From NCBI GenBank assembly GCA_963733675.1, contig CAVTET010000004.1:1-64000 (forward strand): 64,000 nt of DNA. Direction: 5' to 3'. The notes below the pieces were generated by a model. That model worked only from the letters and a program-made list of their open reading frames with translations. It ran no database searches and was not told where the DNA came from. Within the stretch, counting starts at the first letter, position 1. Each line of letters starts with the position of its first letter. The stretch is from an uncultured Methanosarcinaceae archaeon. GTDB taxonomy: Archaea > Halobacteriota > Methanosarcinia > Methanosarcinales > Methanosarcinaceae. Positions 21,321 through 32,944 of this stretch are shown here, piece by piece. The position numbers and the translations under genes are program-made.

Positions 21321-21488
21321 AATATACATTACGACGTAGTCTCGATAAAAGCTTATAGATATAGCGGAGTGGAATGTGATTCTTCCAAACTCAAAAACCT
21401 TAGGAAAAACTGGATTATAAAAAAATATTCTGGCAATAATGATATCTAGTAAATCTCAGCTTTTTGGGATCCCCTCGTTTTGCCCTTC

Positions 21489-21551
21489 CAAAGTCTATTG
21501 TTGAGGGCCTATATTCGTAGGAGTTCATGTGTTCGAATCGCACTCCTCACA
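21489..21551 (+). pseudogene. Degenerate 3' part of tRNA-Leu(GAG), probable att remnant
   Basis: TTGAGGG anticodon loop, TTCGTAGGAG variable arm, GTTCGAATC T-loop; stems mismatched and 5' half missing; integrase remnant adjacent. Confidence 0.6.
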
Positions 21552-21747
21552 TCACATTTGTCCAGTAACCAGAGTAATCTGTAGCTCTTTATCTTTTCTT
21601 TGCATCCTTTTCTGTTACTTAATTTTCAAGACCAATTTTTTCAAAACACTTAAGATCCCATGGTATGAGGAGTTTAAAGTATCAGAACAATTTTGTATGA
21701 TGCATTCGAAGTGGGGAAATATATACTTCTTTGGACTTTACCATACA

Positions 21748-22005
21748 TCAAACATTTTTTTTGTCTTCATGTCCGATTTTATTATAATATAAATTAAGGA
21801 CAGCCCTCTTATTTCTATGGTTTTGCATTAGCAGGCCTTTTCTAATATCATCTTCTGCTTCTAATAGCAATTCATTAGGAGTCTTATCGATCCATTCGGT
21901 GAATAATTGCATGGCTCTAAGTAATTGTGTTATGTATCCGGTTTTGGATTTAGAGTTTCTAACCAATCGATAATCACAGTATCATCTTTCAGCTCACGAA
22001 CAGCA
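21748..22005 (-). pseudogene. N-terminal remnant of a Methanosarcina-type tyrosine integrase
   Basis: ELKDDTVIIDWLETLNPKPDT (frameshift) QLFTEWIDKTPNELLLEAEDDIRKGLLM resembles the N-terminus of the integrase at 55248-55640. Confidence 0.7.
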
Positions 22006-22966
22006 TTACAGGTGCTCCTAGATAGTATATTACTGCCAAATAAAATAATACTCTTCATGACGGATGTAAATTCTACAACAGTTATAAATGATCTCGGGCT
22101 CTTTGAATGCTCATTTCCAAAAAGAACTTAATGGAATTAAGAGAATTATAAACAATAATTTCTAAAAATATGAATGAGCTTTTAACATAAATAAAAAAAC
22201 TGATGAATTCAAGAGCAAATTTAATAGTTGAACCTTGAGCAGATAAAGCATTGGGAAAAAGTTTCAATTTCATAGTCCTAGAAGGAATTGAAGAAAATCA
22301 ACCTTTTCTAAACCCTAAAAACATGAAAAGACAGTACAAATCCAAAAAAAACACTTGAACTACTGGTAGGTTTATATAATACAATAAAAAAATCCTGCTG
22401 TTCCTTGTATATCTGCGAATTCCATTTGTAAATAATCAGAAAGAAGTAAACATTAAAACGATGAAATTACAGCAAAAAATATCAAGAAATTTCAGAACCA
22501 AATAAGAAACAGTATGTTTATGCTGAATTAGAACCTGCATTTCTACAGTCAGAAAGTACAATTTGTGGTTATAGAAAGGATTCAAGTGGCACTCAATAAG
22601 GAGAAGCTAACTATACCCTGAATAGTTACAAAAAAGAATATAAACTTAGAATGGGCATTTGGGTAGAAGCTAGTGATGTCCTTTGATTACCAGTGCTTCG
22701 AATAAGTAGAAACATATTTTGAAACCTTCCTTTTCGAGATATATAGTTTTAGATCTATAAAATAAACGTTGTCTCAATTCATAGAAAAAATCCATAAATT
22801 TAAGAGGATTATGATAAACCCCTAAATTTCGTAACATACTTATGAATGGTATATTAATACCTCGTAAAAATTAGAGATTTATCGAAATCCTGTTAAATCT
22901 ATTTATTGTAATGGAAAAATTTACTTAAAATAAAATTCCACTCTGAACCCTTATGAAGGTGTATTT

Positions 22967-23917
22967 TTGAACCTTAGAACCTTGAAAAAAGCAATTTTAA
23001 TGCTCTTATTGCTCATGGTAGGAGTATTTTTGGTCCGCACCTACTTGACAGAGATTGTAACTATTCTGGGCGAAAGCTGGGGAATACTTCATGAAAACCA
23101 GATTCATTATTTTAGTCTAGCAGTCTTAGTTCACATAATGAGTATATATTTATTTGCAATTCATTGGCAACAAGTCATTTCTTTCATTGGCTACAATCTT
23201 GAGACTACATGCCTTTTTCCCACTTGTTTTGAAAAAATAGTCGTAAATAATTTAACTTTAGCGAGCATGACAGGATGTGAAATGCTTCTGATACTTTGGG
23301 CTAACAAGAGATTCGGAATAAGTTATACTAATGCTTTCAGATTAATTCTTTCCAAAAGGTCGATTAAAGCAATTTCTATTTTGATACTATTAATTTATGA
23401 CTCATACTCTTTACCTCCGCTAGATATCAAATTATTACCCTTAAGGAATGTTCCAACTCTGACCTCAACTTATCTATTGATTTTTGTTTTTTTCATAACA
23501 GGAATGACAATACGGTTTCTCAGAGCAATTTTGATTTCCTGTCTCAATTTTGTACAGCTAAATTTGAGGCAGCTTAAAAATTTTTTTACTTTATCATTTG
23601 GAGGCTGGATTTTTGATAAAATACATCTCAAAAGGGTTTTTTTAGCCCTGAAAATTCATCTATCTTTACATCTAGTTTCAACAATCTCAATTTTGTACTT
23701 GCTACTTATAAGCCTTCCAATTAGTCCAAGTGAACTTGGAATATTTGAAGGAGGTATTATCTCTATCCTTCTCTATTTAGGGCTGACACTTGCCTCATCA
23801 AGTAACTTCTTTTTTCTCGAATGTTTTGAGCTACTTTGGGCTCAGCAGCATAAAAGATTCCTTCATCCACTTAATTACGGAGGGTTTAAAGTATGGAAAA
23901 GCTCAAAGTTGCACTGA
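22967..23917 (+). CDS. UPF0104/lysylphosphatidylglycerol-synthase TM-domain (flippase-like) membrane protein, divergent
   Basis: Multiple TM segments, LPISPSELGIFEGG motif; in an operon with a glycosyltransferase. Confidence 0.65.
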   Translation: MNLRTLKKAILMLLLLMVGVFLVRTYLTEIVTILGESWGILHENQIHYFSLAVLVHIMSIYLFAIHWQQVISFIGYNLETTCLFPTCFEKIVVNNLTLASMTGCEMLLILWANKRFGISYTNAFRLILSKRSIKAISILILLIYDSYSLPPLDIKLLPLRNVPTLTSTYLLIFVFFITGMTIRFLRAILISCLNFVQLNLRQLKNFFTLSFGGWIFDKIHLKRVFLALKIHLSLHLVSTISILYLLLISLPISPSELGIFEGGIISILLYLGLTLASSSNFFFLECFELLWAQQHKRFLHPLNYGGFKVWKSSKLH

Positions 23918-25023
23918 TCAGTGACTGGTACTTTCCAAAAGTAGGAGGAATTGAGTATTCCATGCATGCCCTCGCAAGGACCCTTGCAGACCATGGCCAC
24001 GAAGTAAGCATTATTACAAGGAGCTATCCAGATGTCCCTGAACATTGTATCATAGATGGGGTATCAGTGATAAGAATAAAAAGTAAACCCTTTCCTGGAC
24101 AGCGTCTTTTTCTCATGCCAAATGCATATAAACAGCTGTACTACCTCTTGAAAAAAGGAAATTATGAAATTGTCAATTGCCACGGACTAGATTCTCCTAT
24201 TGGAATATCTGCCCTTCTTGCATCCAGGAAACTAAAAATTCCTGTAGTAATTACCAATCATTCTCTAGTAGGGCATACTCTATATAAACCAATTTATTAT
24301 CTTATGGGTAAGTTGCTTTTAAGGAATGCTGATGCTGTGATTGCTGTTAGCTCGGCAGTTGAAAAAGACTCAAAGATAATGACATCAAAACCTATTTACC
24401 GGATTTTTAATGGGATTGATTCTGAAGATAATCTTTTCAAGGTTCCCTTTCTTTTTGATACTAAAGGAAAAGTTGTAATCGCCACTGTCGCACGTATGAC
24501 TAAAAAAAAGGGGGTCCTAAATATTGTGAACATTGCTCCTTCTATTCTGAAGAAATATGAAAATGTAATTTTTTTAATGATAGGAGACGGTCCACTTAGG
24601 AAAAAACTGGAAAAAATGGTGGAAAAAAAGGGATTATCTAGAAGCTTTTGCTTTACAGGAGAGGTTCCAAGAGGAAGAGTATTGGGATATCTGGAGCAGG
24701 CAGATATCTTTGCCCTCCCCTCTAGTGATGAAGCCTTCGGAATTGCAATCCTTGAAGCTATCTCAAAAAAAGTCCCTGTTGTGGCAATGAATCATAGTGG
24801 AGTTTCGGATATCATCAAGAATGGAGTGAGTGGATACCTTGCTAATAGTATTAGTGAGTTTTCATCCCATCTTCAGACATTGATAGAAAATCCGGCATTG
24901 AGAAACTATTTTGCCCAGGAAGCAAGCAAGGAGCTTTCAAATTACAATTGGGACAGAATATGTGAACAGACCGATCAGATGTATACAAAGGTCATTTATG
25001 AAAGAAATTACAATAACAATTGA
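23893..25023 (+). CDS. Glycosyltransferase family 4
   Basis: WYFPKVGGIE, IGDGPLR, PSSDEAFGIAILEA motifs. Confidence 0.92.
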   Translation: MEKLKVALISDWYFPKVGGIEYSMHALARTLADHGHEVSIITRSYPDVPEHCIIDGVSVIRIKSKPFPGQRLFLMPNAYKQLYYLLKKGNYEIVNCHGLDSPIGISALLASRKLKIPVVITNHSLVGHTLYKPIYYLMGKLLLRNADAVIAVSSAVEKDSKIMTSKPIYRIFNGIDSEDNLFKVPFLFDTKGKVVIATVARMTKKKGVLNIVNIAPSILKKYENVIFLMIGDGPLRKKLEKMVEKKGLSRSFCFTGEVPRGRVLGYLEQADIFALPSSDEAFGIAILEAISKKVPVVAMNHSGVSDIIKNGVSGYLANSISEFSSHLQTLIENPALRNYFAQEASKELSNYNWDRICEQTDQMYTKVIYERNYNNN

Positions 25024-25717
25024 TGTGGAAGAAGATTGTCCACCTAAACTTATGAGTACAAGAGGTATAGAAGAAGGATTGCCGAAATTATTGGATCTCT
25101 TCAAAAAGGAAAGGATAAAGGCAACTTTTTTTGTAACTGGAATGATGGCAGAGCAGTTTCCGGATCTTATATACAGAATTCTGGAAGAAGGACATGAGCT
25201 GGGTTGTCACGGATACAGCCATGCACGCTTTGACCGAATGGATACAAAAGAAGCAAGAATTGCCCTTAATCAGGCTGTAAAAGTCCTGAAACATTTTGAA
25301 AAAAGGCTGATATCTTTTAGGGCTCCGAACCTTCAATTCCCGGAAAAATATCTTAAGCTTCTGGAAGAAGAAGGTTTTCTGTATGATTCCTCACTTGCGG
25401 CCTACAAACCACCGTTTCCCAGAAGTAGAATAAAAGCTAAAATAATAAGGATTCCTGCTACAATTACCTCTTCTTTTTTAAGGCTTCCTCCAACCTTATT
25501 TCTCCCGCTGCTCAAGCACTCAAAAGATCCTTTAATCTTTGTTCACCCATGGGAATTTGTGGACATGTCCAAATTACCCATACGCTTTGATTGCAGATTC
25601 AACACCGGAGAAAAAGCTCTCCAAAACCTTAAAACTCTAATACATTCCTTCAAAACTGAAGACTATCGTTTTTTAACTGTGGAAGAAAGAGCATGTCTTG
25701 AAAATTATGAGCTATAA
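24998..25717 (+). CDS. Polysaccharide deacetylase family protein
   Basis: TIDVEED, ATFFVTG, HELGCHGYSH, FRAP, HPWE motifs; start corrected to MKEITIT. Confidence 0.88.
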   Translation: MKEITITIDVEEDCPPKLMSTRGIEEGLPKLLDLFKKERIKATFFVTGMMAEQFPDLIYRILEEGHELGCHGYSHARFDRMDTKEARIALNQAVKVLKHFEKRLISFRAPNLQFPEKYLKLLEEEGFLYDSSLAAYKPPFPRSRIKAKIIRIPATITSSFLRLPPTLFLPLLKHSKDPLIFVHPWEFVDMSKLPIRFDCRFNTGEKALQNLKTLIHSFKTEDYRFLTVEERACLENYEL

Positions 25718-26435
25718 AGCTAGATAAAACAAAACCCTACTTACAATAAATCATCTCTAAAATAATACAATATCATTAGAGGTTAGATAAAAATATTAAT
25801 ATAAGTATAACCTTTCGATGTGCCAATCAAACATGATATTATTAAGAGAACTATTCATTTTCACTACAAAAAGGAGAATGTGAAAATTCAAGTATTTCTT
25901 TTGATTAAAAAATCTGATCCGCCTCAAATGAAAGCGGGATCAAAAATTGAAGTCTTTTTTAGAAATTTTGTAATATTTCTCAGTTTTTGTCATATATTAT
26001 AACTGTAGAATGTGGGAACTTATGATGAATTTCTACGATATCATAGGATATTGGAAGATCTCATCCATTGTCACCTTGAATTTGTCATATTTCCTTAACT
26101 TCTGTCACGGAATATAATTTTAAAGCTACAAAAATATGGAGACTCAGTATTATTGCCTTTTTAGAGAAAAGCATGTATTTCCATCAGCAAATACTTTGGA
26201 TAAAATGAAATAAATTAAATCTGAAGATGTTGTGTACAGTTTTTTGTAATAATCTTCAACATTTGATTACATTGAAAATAATAAAAGTATTTTAAGTATA
26301 TTGGAAGCTATCCTTAAAATCAAAGAATAATGAACCAGAAAAATCGAGTCAAATACAGAAATTAGTAAGATAAATTTGGCCAGAGTTCCCACAAAGAAAA
26401 AAATAAGCGATAAATCGTGATCATCTTTAAAACTA

Positions 26436-26521
26436 CGCTGAGGGGGAGATTCGAACTCCCGTAGCGCGTGAGCACTACCGGTTTTCAAGACCGGCGCCTT
26501 AGTCCGCTGGGCCACCTCAGC
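26436..26521 (-). tRNA. tRNA-Ser (anticodon TGA)
   Basis: Cloverleaf GCTGAGG acceptor stem, CCGGT-CTTGAAA-ACCGG anticodon arm, long variable arm, GTTCGAATC, G discriminator. Confidence 0.95.
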
Positions 26522-26674
26522 AGGTTGAAGATATATGTTCTTGTAGCTTATCGAAAGAAAATGATGTAGATAACCCTGATATTTCAGGAAGATATACAGA
26601 GACACCGATTATTATATATATAATTTACGAAGAGAAGAATCTCTTCGCTTTTTTGGTTCAGTCTCAAGATGAAA

Positions 26675-27421
26675 TCAGACTTCTAGTTCTGAGGGTTCTT
26701 CTGATTCATCTCTTGATTCAACCTCATCCTTGGTCTGGGGGGATGACAGGGTTACAGATTCAGGTGTGAATTTTTCAATTAATTGAATCTCTTTTAAACC
26801 AACGTACTTGAAGAGTTCGAATGCAATCCTATTCTTTGCCATGAGCCAGCGTTGGTTGAAGGTCAGGCCTGTGGGTGTGTAGATCTTTGCAATATCATCA
26901 TCAATGGATATTTTTATATCCCTCATTCCGGTGTAAAGAGCCAACAAACCCTTTATTCGTTCGGTTTCAGTCTCAATAACTTTTTCAATGGTGTATTCAT
27001 AGATAACTGTCTTGCCTGCAAGAGGGCTGTTAAAGTCCACAGTGACCCTACGACCTATAACTCTGCTGACAACACCTTCCCTGCCGTCAACCTTAACAGT
27101 CATACCTGGATGGACTTTTCTGTCTTCGAGCTTCGTAATAGAAATTGTTTCTATGAGTTTAGAGTTGCTGGGTCCAAAAGCCTTTTCCGGCGAAATTACA
27201 ATTTTCCCCGTGTAACCGACTTCCTTTCCTTCAAAATTCTCATCGAGGCCCACAATAGTATGCCCTGCACCGACAACAATGATATCTCCACCATAAAGGC
27301 CGCGGGTGTCAAAGATGCCTTCTTTTTTTGCAATCTCTTCGTCAGTTGTGTCGAAAACTCTGTTATCTTCGAACCTACCTGTATAGTTTAATGTTATGAA
27401 ATCGCCTTTCTGAATCACCAT
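26675..27421 (-). CDS. FKBP-type peptidyl-prolyl cis-trans isomerase (long archaeal type)
   Basis: GDFITLNYTG, VFDTT, PEKAFG, VDFNSPLAGK; start corrected to MVIQKG. Confidence 0.9.
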   Translation of the reverse strand: MVIQKGDFITLNYTGRFEDNRVFDTTDEEIAKKEGIFDTRGLYGGDIIVVGAGHTIVGLDENFEGKEVGYTGKIVISPEKAFGPSNSKLIETISITKLEDRKVHPGMTVKVDGREGVVSRVIGRRVTVDFNSPLAGKTVIYEYTIEKVIETETERIKGLLALYTGMRDIKISIDDDIAKIYTPTGLTFNQRWLMAKNRIAFELFKYVGLKEIQLIEKFTPESVTLSSPQTKDEVESRDESEEPSELEV

Positions 27422-28925
27422 AATTCTAAACTCTCCTATAAACTCTTCTATCAAATTAGCCAAATTTATAAGTAAGAAAATTTTTTTATCAAATATTTCA
27501 TAACTTTCTGAGCAAATATATTTCACGCTATAGAACTCTGCCTTTAATAAGCTTTTTGGGCATCAGCAAGGTTACTCCAAATCTGACAGGGAATTGTAAT
27601 ATTAAATTTCAAACTAATATCCTCTGAACCTGTTCCATTTTACCTGATCAATATCTCTCATTTGAAAGATCATGAGTCTAAGAGAAAAAATATAAAATAC
27701 GGTACAAAAAATTAGATCACAAAAAAACTAAAATGGAACTAAACTCGATATCTACAAACTTTTTTAATCTATGCGGTTTGGAAGTGACAAATTCATAGAA
27801 TTTTGATGCAATTTATTAAGGCTGTTAAACAATTTTTTGCAAAAAGATGAGGCTTCACCCCAAATGGAAATTTTACCACCAAAATAAGATTGTAAAAAAA
27901 ACTGTACAATTTAAGAATTATTGCAAATAACGTTTCTCACTTTAATAAATTTAAACTAATTTTATGGGACTACTTAGAGAAACTATTTCGAATTCAAAAT
28001 TAAGTGATCACTCTAAGCAACAAACGTACTATTGAATATGAGAAAACATCAGAATATTATTAGTTTAAGTGATCTAATCAATAGAGATCATGAATTGACA
28101 GAATCACAAATTATATTCTGCATATAATAGACTTTATGCTTCTGTTTACTTCATAAGATTCAAAGTTATATTGGGGCTAGTCAACTGAGTAAAACAAAAT
28201 CACTAGCAATCTTATCAAAAGTTTAGTGAATAATTTTATTGGAGCCCATTTTCTTAATTGTTAGCTATTGATCTTTTTTATCTTTTTTGCATAGACTGAT
28301 AATTACATTTTTTTGACAACTCCAAACCAGCACCTAAAACTTAATTTTGGATAGCTGAATAATTCGTTATATTTTATACTAGTTGATTGCGACATTTTTT
28401 TACAAATATATTCTGTCAATATGGTAATTTATATCTAATAGAATAAATTATAATTTAATAGAATATGTGGAATTTTGGATATAATGTATCACAGTAATGA
28501 TTCTATACTTATCATATCCAAAAAAAGCTAATAAAATTTGCTTGAGGGCAATTTCAGATAGAGATTTTAGATTCCTCTAATAACTCGAATTTGGGACTAA
28601 TACTGATAAAAGAATAAAAATCGATGTTAAACATTATTTTTCTGCAAAACTCGTTAAAAATGGGTAGAATTTTACTGGTAGCTGAGCAGCTGGTGAAGTC
28701 CTTAAACATTTACAGTAGTATAACTTATATATATATGAAACTCATTAATCAGAAAAAACCCGTGTAAAAGACTCCATGTGAAATCCTAAACCAGTTCATG
28801 GAGTTTGAGCAGGTTTAAATTAATAAGTTAAACTTGTTAGATTTATTCATTTTCAAAATTAATCCATTTCAAATTTATACCTACTATGATTCTTCCGTAG
28901 TTGAAAGAATAAAAAATAATTATTA

Positions 28926-29570
28926 TTGAATTTTAATGGTGAGGACAACTTGGTTTCAGAAACATTAAAAAAGCAGATCGATCGATTTCTGCTAGCTTTC
29001 GGTTTTTCACTTATGTTCGGGATAATGATTCTTGGACAGAATTTCAGGCAGACTGTTGGGGAAACTGTAGGGGTTTTAATGAATCCTCTACTTGCCCTGG
29101 TCGGACAAGAAAATTTTCATCTAGTGCTTTTAGTAATGGCAGGTATTACTGCTATTTATGCATCCCTAATCCAAAAGTATACAATCGACTGGGATCTCAT
29201 GAGGAACACCCAGGAACGCATGAAAATTTTCCAAAAAGAATTCCGGGAGGCACAGCTTTCCCAAAACACTTACATGCTAAAAAAGCTCGAAGATCAACGA
29301 AAGGATATGATGGAAGATCAGATGAAGATGTCCAAACAGCAATTCAAGCCTATGGCTTATATAAGTATCATCTCCATTCCTCTTTTAATGTGGATTTACT
29401 ACTACATAAGCGGTCACGGATCTGCCACCATAGTTTTTCCCTTCTGGGGTAAACAACTGCTCACTTCTAATGCCTTTGGCCCCTTTCAGCACTGGATTTA
29501 CTGGTACTTTATCTCTTCACTTGGAGTCAGCCAGTTGATAAGAAAGGCGCTGAATATTGGTGGGGTCTGA
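28926..29570 (+). CDS. DUF106 / EMC3-TMCO1 (Oxa1 superfamily) membrane protein
   Basis: TM-coiled coil-TM layout, FKPM motif, WIYWYF; adjacent to cmk. Confidence 0.85.
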   Translation: MNFNGEDNLVSETLKKQIDRFLLAFGFSLMFGIMILGQNFRQTVGETVGVLMNPLLALVGQENFHLVLLVMAGITAIYASLIQKYTIDWDLMRNTQERMKIFQKEFREAQLSQNTYMLKKLEDQRKDMMEDQMKMSKQQFKPMAYISIISIPLLMWIYYYISGHGSATIVFPFWGKQLLTSNAFGPFQHWIYWYFISSLGVSQLIRKALNIGGV

Positions 29571-30112
29571 TGCAGATAACATTAAGCGGACTCCCAGGGA
29601 GTGGGACAACAACTACCTCAAAGCTTTTGAGCGAATACTATGAACTTGAATTAATATCCTCGGGAGAAATTTTCAGGAAAATGGCTAAGGAGAAAGGGAT
29701 GACCCTTGCAGAATTCGGAGTTATGGCCGAGAAAGATCCTTCAATTGACTTGGCCATCGATAAAAATCAGAGGGCTATTATCCGAAGTCAGGACAATCTA
29801 GTTCTCGAAAGCCGGCTTGCTGGCCATATGGCTGCAGGTGTTCCGAATGTGCTAAAAATCTGGATAAAGGCTCAATTACCTACCCGAGTGAAACGTATTC
29901 AGAAACGGGAAAAATCAGTATCTTTTGATGAAGAGTTCAAGAGAACTACATTACGGGAAAAATCCGAAGCTCTTCGCTACATAAACTATTACAATATTGA
30001 CATTGGAGATCTCTCTATTTACGACATTGTTATTGATTCTGAAAAATGGAACCAATATCAGATTTTGGATATTCTCAGAGTTGCTATCGATTCCCTTGTT
30101 GGGCCACAGTAA
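29570..30112 (+). CDS. cmk: Cytidylate kinase (archaeal type)
   Basis: ITLSGLPGSGTTT P-loop, ESRLAG motif. Confidence 0.93.
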   Translation: MQITLSGLPGSGTTTTSKLLSEYYELELISSGEIFRKMAKEKGMTLAEFGVMAEKDPSIDLAIDKNQRAIIRSQDNLVLESRLAGHMAAGVPNVLKIWIKAQLPTRVKRIQKREKSVSFDEEFKRTTLREKSEALRYINYYNIDIGDLSIYDIVIDSEKWNQYQILDILRVAIDSLVGPQ

Positions 30113-30602
30113 TTTCTTAGCCCTATTTTTACAAAATATTGGATTTTCATAAGCGTATAGTTTAAGCTGCATGGAATATAGATATGCTGTACTGGATATT
30201 TGAGTTTTTCACAACCGATATCACAGTTAGGGGTAGCAATCACAATGTATCTAGTAATCTTTGCTACATTAAGGATACGCTGACATGAAGATTTATGTAA
30301 TGGCCTCATAGTTTATTTTATTCAACTTGAATAAATTATCTAAGCTTCTAAGCTCAAAAATGAAATATTAGTTTCAATTGTTATGTTAGATCTTTAAGAA
30401 ACTTATGATAAACAAAATTGCTATTCAATCGATACTAAGTACAGGAAAATATTTTCTATATACCTGCAGCAATGTTAGAGATTAAATAATACATCTCTGA
30501 TTTCACACGTCTATAAATGCGTTTTTTCAAATATTATCAACTTAGCAGTTTATTATTAAGCTAGATTGAATATACATACAGCTCAGGAGTTTTCGATAAA
30601 CA

Positions 30603-31619
30603 ATGTTACAAGTCAGCAAATTGCCATCAGAAACTGAAAGAACTCTAGTCAGAAAATCCGGTGCCTGGACAAACCCCTGTTACGGCTGTTGTCCGGAAAA
30701 ACGCCCCATTCTTGAGTATATAGAAAAAGGAGTGGTGAACATTGATAAACCCAGAGGGCCCACAAGCCACGAGGTCGCAGCCTGGGTAAAAGATATACTT
30801 GAAGTGAATAAAGCCGGTCATGCTGGCTCTCTTGATCCCAAGGTTACCGGACTTTTACCTACACTTTTAGGAAAGGCTACAAAAGTTGTCTCAGCTCTTC
30901 GCCTTTCTGGAAAAGAGTATGTTTGTCTTCTAAAACTTCACAAAGAAATGCCTCCAAAACTTGTTCGAAAAGTATGTGAGGAGTTCTCTGGTCCCATTTA
31001 CCAGGTCCCTCCTATTAAATCCGCTGTAAAGCGCGTACTCAGGATAAGAACGATATATTATATTGAAATAATTGAAATTGAGGGAAGATCTGTGCTCTTT
31101 CGTGTAGGATGCGAGGCAGGGACTTATATCAGGAAACTCTGCCACGATATAGGGCTTGCTTTAGGTTGTGGTGGACACATGCAGGAACTCAGAAGAACAA
31201 AAGCCGGGCCTTTTACTGAGAAAACGCTTGTTACCCTTCAGGATCTGAAAGATGCATATGTTTTCTGGAAAGAATACGGGGATGAATCCGAAATCAGGAG
31301 GGTCATAAGGCCAATGGAATCGGCGGTATCTCATCTTCCCAAAATTCTCTTGAGGGACAGTTCAGGAGATGCAATTTGTTCGGGAGCTTCTCTAGCTGTG
31401 CCTGGTATTACAAGCCTAGATTTAAATATTGTGAAAGGCGATCTTGTCGCTTTATTTACCCTAAAAGGTGAGCTTGTAGCTCTGGCAAAAGCTGAGATGA
31501 GCACAGAGGAGATCCTCAAATCATCGTTTGGTCTTGCAGCTACACCTACTAGAGTGATGATGAAAATCGGAACTTATCCGAAATGTTGGGCTAAAAAAGA
31601 AAAAAATATACAACTTTAA
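30603..31619 (+). CDS. cbf5: RNA-guided pseudouridine synthase Cbf5
   Basis: DKPRGPTSHEV, GHAGSLDPKVTG, GTYIRKLC, C-terminal PUA domain. Confidence 0.95.
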   Translation: MLQVSKLPSETERTLVRKSGAWTNPCYGCCPEKRPILEYIEKGVVNIDKPRGPTSHEVAAWVKDILEVNKAGHAGSLDPKVTGLLPTLLGKATKVVSALRLSGKEYVCLLKLHKEMPPKLVRKVCEEFSGPIYQVPPIKSAVKRVLRIRTIYYIEIIEIEGRSVLFRVGCEAGTYIRKLCHDIGLALGCGGHMQELRRTKAGPFTEKTLVTLQDLKDAYVFWKEYGDESEIRRVIRPMESAVSHLPKILLRDSSGDAICSGASLAVPGITSLDLNIVKGDLVALFTLKGELVALAKAEMSTEEILKSSFGLAATPTRVMMKIGTYPKCWAKKEKNIQL

Positions 31620-31803
31620 TATTTAAAATGATTTATATCATCACACTTCAGTATTTCTGATTTGGTATAATTTCGAATGGCTACTATCAAGAAAATTTAA
31701 TAATAATCCACCTAAACAAACATTAAATTCTTTGAACTATAAATTTAAAAAAATTTTAAGTGCCCGCTCCTTTACTTTTGTTAGCTATTCACCCTACCGC
31801 TAT

Positions 31804-32157
31804 CTGAGAAGGAAATTTTTGTCCTAATTTTGGTTTTCAAAACCGTTAAAGAACTAATAAGTTAATTGACGTCGAGGGTTAAAATGTGATTTTGATCACT
31901 GGAGCCAAATTACCATCAAGACAATTCAAATGAACAAATAGATTTTGTGATCTAAATTGTTAAAAATAGTAACTAAATCTCGTGGTTTAAACATTCATAA
32001 ATTTTTATTTATTGTTACTACTCTCAGTATATGAGGTGAAAAACATCGGCAACGTTTCGAGATAAATGATGATAAAATTTTAGTCCTTGAAAATTGGATT
32101 ATATCAAAAAATGTAACGTTGTTACATGCGAATCAACAAGTGACTTTTGGATTCCTA
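31804..32157. repeat. Dispersed ~340-bp non-coding repeat, copy 3 of 3
   Basis: Colinear similarity; ends CAACAAGTGACTTTTGGATTCCTA. Confidence 0.72.
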
Positions 32158-32944
32158 TTTATGATCAATTGATGAGACATTTACCTGTTCTAATTGGAAA
32201 TGTAAGAAGTATGGGGCATTTACACACAAAAAAGCAGATGAGATATATTCAGAAGTCATTGCACAACTTGCACGGGATAAATGAGTTATTCATTCAGATT
32301 TTTCCAATAAATCATAGAGAATTCCGTTCCTGTCTAATGTTCGGCTTCGACACAAACTTGTGCAAAAAAAGCAAATATCAAAAATGAAACTCACTCTATT
32401 CTCACACCTTAAATGTTTAATCGAAGTTATGTGCTGAAAGATATTATTGACAAAAACAGTATCTCAATTACTAGCATAAATTTATTTAGGTAAGACTCTT
32501 GACTAAATTTTAGAAAGCTTTCTACAAATATTCGTAAAAAGTGTTCAGATAGAAAGAATTTGTCAACAGAAATATCTCACAGAGTTGTAGCGTGAAAACA
32601 ACATATTGGACTAAAAAATATGTTTAAATGAACCCAGTGGGAAGAAAAAAGCAAACAAGTAAAGAGAAACAAAGATAAAACTTTGACTTTGAATTTACAG
32701 CAAATTTGCAATACAATCTACCCATTTTATAAGCGTGATTAAGTCGCTGGTTTACTATAAGCAATTTCGATAAATCTCTGATTTTCACGAATTATTTCTA
32801 TACTATTATATAAGCATATGACGAAATTTAGGAATCTATCAAAATCTCCCATCATATTACTTCTCCTCTAAATATGAAAATCTCCTTTCAACATAAAAAT
32901 TAAAATATCATATTATTGATTCGAAAGCAATACTTTTTCTTCAT

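Noticed and set aside
26436-26521. tRNA-Sec or suppressor tRNA
   Set aside because: The anticodon is TGA (reads Ser UCA), not TCA or CTA; ORF 26267-26605 across it is spurious.
27530-28900. Long AT-rich intergenic region as a hidden gene or origin
   Set aside because: Only unassignable ORF scraps and no repeat structure; such spacers are common in this genome type.
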